Positions 1 through 8,129 of a DNA stretch of 34,817 nt are shown here, piece after piece. Source of the DNA: Promethearchaeota archaeon (GTDB taxonomy: Archaea > Asgardarchaeota > Lokiarchaeia > Sigyniarchaeales > SOKP01); contig JBHLNF010000023.1 in assembly GCA_048937405.1 (NCBI GenBank), positions 1 to 34,817 on the forward strand. Direction: 5' to 3'. Under the pieces are notes generated by a model, which saw only the letters and a list, made by a program, of their open reading frames with translations, was not told the origin of the DNA and ran no database searches. The translations under genes were made by a program, and so were the position numbers. Each line of letters starts with the position of its first letter. Position 1 is the stretch's first letter.

Positions 1-139
1 AGTTAACGAAAAATCCATAATAACATCAACAAATAATTTTCTGTTTTTTAAATAGTCTGTTTTTAAAAACTAGTTAATAATCCTAATTATATTTTATTAA
101 AATTTTAACTTAAAAAGAAAAAGAATTAAAACGAAATAC

Positions 140-679
140 TCACTCTTCATGAAGTCTCTCAGTTTTGAATAGATTGATTGAATATTCTACAATTTCCTTA
201 GCTTCCGAAACGTTTTTCCATTCTTTAAATTTTACCCATTTATGTGGTTCTAATCTTTTATAAGTTTCATAGAATTCTTGAATTTCCTTTAGTTTATGTT
301 CATGTATATCTTTAATATCATGATACCCACTAAATCTTGCATCATTTACTAAAACTGAAAGTATTTTTGGATCATCTCCATGTTCATCTTCGATAATTAA
401 AGCACCGATAACTCTAACTTTTACAATACACCCCACTTCAAGTGGTTCATAACTTAAGATCATTATATCAAGAGGATCATTATCATCTGCCCAAGTCTGT
501 GGGACAAAACCATATTCTACAGGAAAAATAACTGAGGAAGGAATTATTCGATCCAAAACAAATGCTTCCCATTCTTGTTTATATTCATATTTATCTCTGG
601 AACCAGTAATAACCTCTACTACTGCGTTTAAAATTAGTGGAGGATTATCTCCAGGTGGAATATCTTTCCACAAATTCAT
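140..679 (-). CDS. ppa: Inorganic pyrophosphatase (family I)
   Basis: 179 aa with RDKYEY, LDR, YGFVPQT, DDNDPLDI (DxDPxD) and FYETYKRLE motifs typical of soluble family I PPases. Confidence 0.95.
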   Translation of the reverse strand: MNLWKDIPPGDNPPLILNAVVEVITGSRDKYEYKQEWEAFVLDRIIPSSVIFPVEYGFVPQTWADDNDPLDIMILSYEPLEVGCIVKVRVIGALIIEDEHGDDPKILSVLVNDARFSGYHDIKDIHEHKLKEIQEFYETYKRLEPHKWVKFKEWKNVSEAKEIVEYSINLFKTERLHEE

Positions 680-721
680 AATACTGATAAAATTAAATCT
701 CTAATAAACATTACTTTAATT

Positions 722-1531
722 ATGAAGAGTGAAAATCAACATTTTGATATTTCGAAACATAAAGAATATTTGTATGTAATTAAAGAAAATATCTCACTTG
801 TTAGTCCTGTTTATACAAATGATCCTCTTAATCTCTATTTGCTTTTAGGAAGTCATACAGCTCTTTTACTTGATACTGGTTGTGGATTGTATCCTCTGAA
901 ACCAATTATAGCTAATTTGATAGGAAAGAGAGAACTTTTAGTATTCAATACTCATTATCATTGGGATCATCCTTTAGGTAATGTAGAATTTAGAGAGGTT
1001 TATATTCATGAAAAAGAAGTTGATATAATTTCGAAGCCTTATGATGTTTCTTATTTTATGGATTCTCCAAATGAGATTGTAAAGATATACGCAGAAAAGA
1101 ATTATTTAATCCCTCCTGCAAAAAAAATTAATCCATTGAAAGAAGGAGATAAATTTGATTTAGGTAAAATCGAAGTGGAAGTTATACACTGTCCAGGACA
1201 TTCACCTGGTTCAATATGTTTACTTACAAATACAGGAGAACTCTTTACAAGTGATGTAGCTTATTATGGAGATCAATTTTTACCAATAAGAGAAAAATTT
1301 CCAGAAGTTCTTAATAGTCTTTCTAAATTAATTAGATTATGTGAAAAACAAAAAAATCTTGAGCTTTATCCCTCACACAGACAATATCCATGTGATATAA
1401 CTCTATTAACAGATCTCTATAAAGGAATTGAAAATATCGATAATCTATGGAATACTAAAAAAACTTTTGATTTCTTTAATGCATGGCAGATTGATGATGA
1501 GAAATTTAGATACTTTATATCTCGATCTTAA
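722..1531 (+). CDS. MBL-fold metallo-hydrolase
   Basis: LLDTG, THYHWDH (HxHxDH), PGHSPGS, FTSD and PSH motifs. Confidence 0.9.
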   Translation: MKSENQHFDISKHKEYLYVIKENISLVSPVYTNDPLNLYLLLGSHTALLLDTGCGLYPLKPIIANLIGKRELLVFNTHYHWDHPLGNVEFREVYIHEKEVDIISKPYDVSYFMDSPNEIVKIYAEKNYLIPPAKKINPLKEGDKFDLGKIEVEVIHCPGHSPGSICLLTNTGELFTSDVAYYGDQFLPIREKFPEVLNSLSKLIRLCEKQKNLELYPSHRQYPCDITLLTDLYKGIENIDNLWNTKKTFDFFNAWQIDDEKFRYFISRS

Positions 1532-1598
1532 AAATAACGAAATTCTTTTTTAATGAAATTCGCTTATTTTAAATTAAACATATTTGATCATTGTAAAA

Positions 1599-2546
1599 AT
1601 GATTAGTGCGAAGTCTCAGTATAAATTATTTACCCCAGAAAATATAATTGATGGAATTTCTTACCTAAGTTATTATTTAAAATATAGGATAAAAAAAATT
1701 CCTTTAGGTGTAAATTATGATTTAACTTGGCAATGCAATCTAAATTGCAAACATTGCTATTTCACTTCTTCTGTGGGGGAATTAAATAATACCTCAGCAA
1801 AAAATCGAGAAGAATTAACATATAATCAATGGATAAAGGTTTTTAAATATCATTGTGATATGGGGATTAAAAGTGCTTCGCTAACTGGTGGAGAGCCTAC
1901 TCTTAGGATGGATTTATTAAAACAGGCTGTAAAAATGTTTCCATCAGTTCAAATAGCTTCAAATGGGATTATCAAATTACCTTGGTTCAACCATCATAAA
2001 CAGCCGATTTATTGGGTAAGTTTAGATGGTGGAGAAGAAATGCATAATACAATTCGAGGTGCTAAAATCTTTCAAAAGGTTATAGAAAATATAAGAGATG
2101 ATAAAAGAGTTTTAATCTCAACAACAATTACTGCAATGAATTATAAAGAAATTGAAAAAGTGGTAAAAATAGCCTATGAAACAGGTGTTTCAGGTCTGTT
2201 CTTCTTAATGTATACTGGTTATCCACACGATATTTTGTTAATTAAGGGAGAAAAATTAAAATCAACAATTAGGAGTATACTCAAAGTTATGAGAGATTAT
2301 GGGGATTTTATATTGATTTCCAAGAAAATGCTTGAATTATATATCACCAAAGAGTTTGTACCTCATTGTATTTTTAAAAGAGGATTAATAAAAAGTTATT
2401 ACCCTAATGGTCAACTGAAATTTTGCGTCATGGGTAATTCCCCTTTATTATGTGAAAATTGTGGTTGTATTGTACCTGTAGCTTCTTATGCTCTTTCTAA
2501 ATTAGATGCTGAAACTATAGATAAAATCAAAAGGTTCCCATTTTAA
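1599..2546 (+). CDS. Radical SAM protein with a C-terminal Cys cluster
   Basis: CNLNCKHC (CxxxCxxC), LTGGEP, VSLDG, and C-terminal CIF..CVMG..CENCGC; ATG at 1599 chosen over the TTG at 1584. Confidence 0.9.
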   Translation: MISAKSQYKLFTPENIIDGISYLSYYLKYRIKKIPLGVNYDLTWQCNLNCKHCYFTSSVGELNNTSAKNREELTYNQWIKVFKYHCDMGIKSASLTGGEPTLRMDLLKQAVKMFPSVQIASNGIIKLPWFNHHKQPIYWVSLDGGEEMHNTIRGAKIFQKVIENIRDDKRVLISTTITAMNYKEIEKVVKIAYETGVSGLFFLMYTGYPHDILLIKGEKLKSTIRSILKVMRDYGDFILISKKMLELYITKEFVPHCIFKRGLIKSYYPNGQLKFCVMGNSPLLCENCGCIVPVASYALSKLDAETIDKIKRFPF

Positions 2547-2767
2547 AAAAGAGAGGAAAAAATTAATTTCCCCCTATTAAAATTTGGATCTTGTAAAAGA
2601 GAGAACTTATAAAAAACCTTCAAAATTTCTATTAAAAGAAAATAAAGATATATCTATGTAATTACAGATTTTTGATAATTAATAGATTGAAATATATTTT
2701 TTATTAATATTTTTTAGATGGATTGATTATTATAACTTAAGTAAAAAATTCTATAGTGATTTTTTAA

Positions 2768-4475
2768 ATGTTTAATAAAGACTATTTGGAAAAAATTAAA
2801 TCAGAGAAAGAAAAATGGGAAGAATTGTATAAAAGATCAAGAGAAAGAGATGTAAAATTCGTTACGGACTCTGAAATTCCTATTAAGCAACTTTACACTC
2901 CTTTAGATTTAACAGATAAAGATTATTTGAGTGATATCAGTTTTCCCGGAATGCCTCCCTACACTCGGGGTGTTTATCCAAGTATGTATAGAGGGAGACT
3001 TTGGACTATGAGGTTATTCTCGGGACATGGAAAAAGTATTTCAATTTAGAAATATTTCTGTATCGCCCGAGGAAACAAATAAAAGGTGGAAGTTCCTTTA
3101 TGCAAATGGAGAAACTGGTTTTAGTGCAGCTGTAGATAATCTAACCTTTAATGGAATTGACCCTACAGAACCCGATGGAGCACCTGAAGTTGGGACATCA
3201 GGAGTACCGCTTTATTGTATTGATAGTTTTTTCGCTTTAGCTGAAGATATTCCCATAGATAAAATCAGCGTAGCTTTAGTAGTAGAACCTTTTACTTCTG
3301 CCCCTGTTTGCTCAATGTATTTTAATATGGCTCAAATGCGAGGTTATGACATAAGAAATTTGATGGGAACAACTCAAAATGATATTTTAACTATGACAGT
3401 AGGCTTTATTCCATATAAAAATTGTTCTCCTAACCATATACTTCGGTTAGCATGTGATTTCATAGAATGGACTGTAGCAATGAAGAATGTTCCCAAATGG
3501 CATCCAATAAATTTCACAGGATATAATTATAGAGAAGGAGGAATTGATGCTGTACAGGAATTAGGTTTTGTATTTGCAAGTGCTTGTTCTCATATTGATA
3601 ATTTAATTGAAAGAGGATGGAAAGCAGATGATTTTGTAGGACGTTTAGCATTTCATTTAGCAGCGCATAAAGATTTTTTTGAAGAAATTGCCAAATTCAG
3701 AGCTGCTCGAAGAATTTGGTATAAATTAATGAAAGACAAGTATGAAGTTAAAGATCCTAAAAACTTAGGTTTTAGGTTCCATGTACAAACAGCCGGATCT
3801 TCCTTAACAGCTCAATCACCTAAGATTAATATAATTAGAACAGCAATTCAAGCTTTAGAGGCAAATTTGGGTGGCTGTCAGTCTTTACATACAAATTCTT
3901 ATGATGAAGCAATTTGCTTGCCTTCTGAAGAAGCAGCTTTAATTGCGTTACGAACTCAGCAAGTAATTTCAGATGAAACTAGAATCCATAATACCATTGA
4001 TCCTCTTGCGGGTTCATACTTTATCGAATGGTTAACAGATGAGGTTGAAGAAAGAGTATGGAAATATATCGATAAAATCCAAAAAGTTGGTTCTATTGAT
4101 AAAGCTCTCTCATCAGGATTTTTATACAAAGAAATGAGAGATGCTTTCCATAAACGAAGAATGAAAATTGAAAATGGAGATGAAATAATGCTTGGTGTAA
4201 ATAAGTATCCAGTTCCTTATGATACAGTTACAGATGTTTTTAGAACAAATAAAAATGCAATTGATATTGAAGTAAATCGTATTGAAAAGTTAAAAGCTCG
4301 AAGAGATAATACAAAATTAGAGAAAATTTTAGATCAATTAAGAAATGTTTGTGAAAAAGAGGAAAACGTCATGCCGCTTGTTATGAAAGCTACAAGAGAG
4401 GGTGCTACTATAGGGGAAGTTTGTAATATCTATAGAGAAATTTGGGGGACCTGGGATCCTCCATTAGCAATCTAA
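2768..4475 (+). CDS. AdoCbl-dependent acyl-CoA mutase large subunit (MCM/ICM family), interrupted by a putative intron: join(2768..3032,3064..4475), 558 aa
   Basis: The first ORF carries FPGMPPYTRGVYPSMYRGRLWTMR. The second carries EETNKR, QNDIL, FFEEIAKFRAARRIW, FHVQTAG, QSLHTNSYDEA and DPLAGSYFIE. Removing 3033-3063 joins them in frame (1677 nt). Confidence 0.92.
3033..3063 (+). other. Putative 31-nt bulge-helix-bulge (BHB) intron in the mutase mRNA
   Basis: Sequence AAAGTATTTCAATTTAGAAATATTTCTGTAT. Exon stem 3017-3024/3066-3073 plus C3026-G3065; 4-bp helix AUGG(3027-30)/CUGU(3058-61); 3-nt bulges AAA(3031-33) and AUC(3062-64); 9-bp intron stem 3034-42/3049-57. It contains the in-frame TAG (3047-49). 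Confidence 0.85.
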
Positions 4476-4492
4476 ATTTAGAGGTATAAAAA

Positions 4493-4891
4493 ATGTCAGA
4501 AAAAAAAATAAGAGTACTTATGAGTAAACCTGGTATTGATGGTCATTGGCGTGGAGGTATTGTCGTCAGTCGTGCGATCCGTGATGCTGGTATGGAACTT
4601 ATATTTGGAGGATTTCAAAATGTCCGAGAAATTGTTGAAGCTGCAATACAAGAAGATGTTGACGTCATTGGGTTAAGTATTCATTCTGGTGCTCATTTAG
4701 CTTATACACAGCAGGTTATTGATTTATTAAAAAAGCGTGGTGTTCTTGATAATATTATGATTCTAGTTGGTGGAGTCGTTCCAGCAAAAGATTTCCCTAT
4801 GTTAAAAGAAATGGGGGTTGCTAATGTCTATGGTCCAGGTTCAATGACATCTGAAATTGTTGATTTTATTAAGACTCATATAAGGAAATAA
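4493..4891 (+). CDS. Acyl-CoA mutase small, cobalamin-binding subunit
   Basis: KPGIDGHWRG (DxHxxG), EDVDVIGLS and LVGGVVP motifs; directly follows the large subunit with a GAGGT SD-like site. Confidence 0.95.
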   Translation: MSEKKIRVLMSKPGIDGHWRGGIVVSRAIRDAGMELIFGGFQNVREIVEAAIQEDVDVIGLSIHSGAHLAYTQQVIDLLKKRGVLDNIMILVGGVVPAKDFPMLKEMGVANVYGPGSMTSEIVDFIKTHIRK

Positions 4892-5007
4892 AAAACTATA
4901 TCTTAAAAAATAAGAACTTTTTGAGACGGGGAATAAAAGTTTAAATATTAGATGAAGATATTATCTTGTAACAATGATCTTAATTAGTACTTCTACAAGA
5001 ACATTGG

Positions 5008-5027
5008 TAAGGGTATTAATATCCTTA
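5008..5027. promoter_or_regulatory. 20-bp near-perfect palindrome, candidate operator or hairpin
   Basis: TAAGGGTATT-AATATCCTTA has one mismatch (a G-U pair in RNA); it lies downstream of a TTTAAATA TATA-like box near 4940. Confidence 0.35.
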
Positions 5028-5210
5028 AGTATTATTCTCTTAGTAGTATTAATTATCTAAGCGAAATAAATCCGCCTTATCTTTTTCTTTTAAATTTCTT
5101 ATGGATTTGTTCGCTTCGAGTATGATTTTTATTTGAAAAGGTAATTGGTGGGTTCATTTCGTTTTTAAAAAGAAGGGAATAAATAATATTAGAATAAATA
5201 AAGAAGAGAA

Positions 5211-6662
5211 ATGAAAATGAAGTATAAAAATATAGAAACGAAGCATGAGGTAATTGAATATTTGCAATCGTATTTTCTTGGTATTGGATTTCAAAAATTA
5301 AAGGAGCTTGTAATAGATAAAAAGAACTGTGTTTTTTGTGGCACTTGTACCTCATTATGCCCTCGTATTAGTATAAATGAAAAAAAACTCACACTATTAG
5401 ATTATGATCCAGAATGTTCCACCTGTTTCAGGTATTGCCCTAGAATATACTTTCCTAAAGAAATGTTTGAAAAAGAATTATTCCATAATAGAACAAAAAA
5501 AAGTGATACAATAGGATTTTATCAAAAATCTATCGCTGCTAAAAGTAATGATGATAATATATTGAAGGTTGCTCAAAATGGAGGAGTAGTATCTTCATTA
5601 CTTATACATGCTTTGGATACAGGATTGATAGATGGAGTTCTTCTTACCGATAGAGATGAAAAATGGTATCCAAAACCTACAATAGCACGAACTTCCAATG
5701 AGATCTTGTTATGTACTGGTTCTAAATATACAATTGCCCCGACCTTAAGTACATATAAAGACGCGATAAATGAATTAAAAATAAAAAAATTGGCATTTGT
5801 TGGAATGCCTTGCCAAATCCAAGCAGTACGAAAATTACAATTGTTTTCTCCTCTCTCAGAAGAGTATGGGAAATTTACATTAATTATAGGACTATACTGT
5901 TTCTCGAATTATTCGTATGATTTAATGAAGTTATTTGTTCAAGAAAAACTTGGAGTTTCACTAAGTAGTGTTAAGAAAATCGATATTTCACATGGTTCAT
6001 TTTATGTTTATATGAATAACGGATTAATAATAGTTCCAATAAAAGAAACTAAGAAATACATTTGGCCAAGTTGTCAATATTGTAAAGACTATTGCGCTGA
6101 ATTTGCAGATATTTCTGTTGGAAGTGTGGGAGCCTTTAAGAATGATTGGAATAGTGTAATATTACGGACGGATATAGGTGTAGAATTATTTAATGATGCA
6201 GTAGAAGTTAAGAAAATAATATCCTCTAATAAGATTGATCTATCTAAAATCGAGAAAGAATCAATTAGAAAAAAAACAAGAGTAACCCAAATTGATAAAA
6301 AAATACTAAGCACTATGCAGTTATTTAACATTTCTGATTTCGAAATAAAGACTTATATGACTCTAATGTCATTAGGAAATGCAAGTGAATCAAAATTAAG
6401 TAAGATTATGAAGACAGAGGAAAATGTTGTTAGAAACATACTTCAAAAGCTAAATCAACGTGAATGGGTTATAGCAGCAAATGGATCGTATAGTGCTGTC
6501 AGTCCTACCTTAGTTATTAATAATGAAATATATAAGTTAAAGCAGAATTTCTTCAAAAGTATTGAAAAACTGAAAACTGAAGTTCTTTCTAATTTAGAAT
6601 CGCTTTTTATACAAAATAATTTTAATCATGTACGACACGATGATATTTTAGATTTGGTCTAG
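5211..6662 (+). CDS. F420 hydrogenase/dehydrogenase beta-subunit (FrhB/FdhB family) protein with N-terminal ferredoxin motifs and a C-terminal TrmB-like winged HTH
   Basis: CVFCGTCTSLCP and CSTCFRYCP; AQNGGVVSSLL, GSKY, VGMPCQI, IGLYC, CQYCKDYCAEFADISVGSVG; the C-terminus ISDFEIKTYMTL..ASESKLSK..VVRNILQKL..YSAVSP resembles the TrmB N-domain. Confidence 0.85.
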   Translation: MKMKYKNIETKHEVIEYLQSYFLGIGFQKLKELVIDKKNCVFCGTCTSLCPRISINEKKLTLLDYDPECSTCFRYCPRIYFPKEMFEKELFHNRTKKSDTIGFYQKSIAAKSNDDNILKVAQNGGVVSSLLIHALDTGLIDGVLLTDRDEKWYPKPTIARTSNEILLCTGSKYTIAPTLSTYKDAINELKIKKLAFVGMPCQIQAVRKLQLFSPLSEEYGKFTLIIGLYCFSNYSYDLMKLFVQEKLGVSLSSVKKIDISHGSFYVYMNNGLIIVPIKETKKYIWPSCQYCKDYCAEFADISVGSVGAFKNDWNSVILRTDIGVELFNDAVEVKKIISSNKIDLSKIEKESIRKKTRVTQIDKKILSTMQLFNISDFEIKTYMTLMSLGNASESKLSKIMKTEENVVRNILQKLNQREWVIAANGSYSAVSPTLVINNEIYKLKQNFFKSIEKLKTEVLSNLESLFIQNNFNHVRHDDILDLV

Positions 6663-6945
6663 GGAAAAAAAGTATAATCTTAGAAACGGTTTCGAAGCTC
6701 TCTATCAAAAATCTATGTCTAATTTCATTAATATCAGATTAAACAAAAGAGTTTAAAGAAAGGGAATTTAAGTTGTTCAATCATCCCTATATTCTCTTAT
6801 TTTATCATATAATTAAAGGATCATAAATGAATTCAGATATTGTCAATATTATTAAAGAGAATGTCCAAAAATAAAAAAGACATGCTGTATTCTTTTCATT
6901 AAAATATAATTTAAAAGCTATTCTTCTATTGAGGAATGTATTTCA

Positions 6946-7932
6946 GTGAAAGTTTCTTATGATCTTGATACTTTAATTAATAACTTTAAGAATAAAGATA
7001 AAATTGCTCTAGCCAAATTAATTACGGTCTTAGAAAATGAACCAGAAAAAGCGCATGAGATATTCAAATATTTTGAAAATATCTCTCATGATTCTTATAT
7101 TATTGGAATTACTGGTTCACCAGGAGTAGGAAAAAGTACACTAACTGGAGCTATTTGTAAAAAAATATTAGCTGAAGGAAAATCAGTTGGTATTATTTGC
7201 GTCGATCCTACTTCTCCTTTTAGTGGGGGTGCCTTTTTAGGGGATAGAGTTCGTATGACTGATATATCATTACATCCAAACGTATTTTTAAGGAGTCTTG
7301 CTTCAAGAGGCTATAAAGGAGGTATATCAAGAGCTGTTTTTGACATAAGTTTATTGTATGAAGCATATGGAATGGATATAATTATAATTGAAACGGTTGG
7401 TGTTGGACAAGCAGAATTTGATATTTATAATCTTGCTTATTCTGTTATTGTAGTTCTAGTTCCTGGTTATGGGGATGCTATTCAAATGCAAAAAGCAGGA
7501 ATTATTGAAATTGGTGACTTATATGACATTAATAAAAAAGATTTAGGTGGAGAAGATATCGCGGTTCAAATTGAAATGATGCTTGATGATACTGTATTTC
7601 ATAGCGGATGGAGACCACCAGTTTCTATGACTGATGCTATTACGGGTGAGGGAATTGAAGAACTTCTCCAAAATATATGGGATCATAAGGAGCATCTTGA
7701 ACTCTCAGAAGCACTAAACCAGAAAAAGAAGAATAGGTTTTCATATAAGATTAAGGAACTCATTTATTCAAAAATTGAAAAATTAATCTCTGAAAGATTC
7801 ATCAATGAAAATGAGATTGAAGATATTGTAAATCATGCTCTTGATGACGGTAAATTTAAAATTTACAGAACTATTCATGACAAGTTTGAAGATATGAATT
7901 TTGAGATAAAAAAAAAGAGTAATCAATTCTAA
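6946..7932 (+). CDS. meaB: Mutase-associated GTPase chaperone MeaB/ArgK
   Basis: GITGSPGVGKST, VDPTSPFSGGAFLGDRVRM, IETVGVGQAE, GDAIQMQKAGIIEI and NKKD motifs; GTG start. Confidence 0.95.
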   Translation: MKVSYDLDTLINNFKNKDKIALAKLITVLENEPEKAHEIFKYFENISHDSYIIGITGSPGVGKSTLTGAICKKILAEGKSVGIICVDPTSPFSGGAFLGDRVRMTDISLHPNVFLRSLASRGYKGGISRAVFDISLLYEAYGMDIIIIETVGVGQAEFDIYNLAYSVIVVLVPGYGDAIQMQKAGIIEIGDLYDINKKDLGGEDIAVQIEMMLDDTVFHSGWRPPVSMTDAITGEGIEELLQNIWDHKEHLELSEALNQKKKNRFSYKIKELIYSKIEKLISERFINENEIEDIVNHALDDGKFKIYRTIHDKFEDMNFEIKKKSNQF

Positions 7933-8129
7933 TTTAATCCTGTAGTGCAATTTTCCTAAGGATTTGTGCTTAATTTTTCTTCTTTAGATGAACATATTAT
8001 CTGAGAATGTTCTAAAAGTGGACCTCAAGCTTTTATAAACAGATTTATTTCTTAATTTACAAATAAAACCTAAACTTAAAACCTAAATATACTAATAAAT
8101 ATTTAGATTATGTATAAGAAGTCTTTTTT

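Noticed and set aside
3029-3036. Programmed frameshift or homopolymer sequencing error at GGAAAAAG
   Set aside because: A 1-nt correction would leave about 10 extra residues in a conserved active-site loop and would not explain the BHB structure. It is not strictly excluded without reads.
3027-4475. An independent 482-aa ORF starting MEKVFQFRNISV, i.e. a naturally split mutase or a pseudogene
   Set aside because: Its first 12 residues have no counterpart in the family and derive from the insertion. Both halves are otherwise intact, and BHB excision explains the junction exactly.
5077-5355. Antisense 92-aa ORF
   Set aside because: It overlaps the FrhB gene on the opposite strand, is low complexity and has no motifs.
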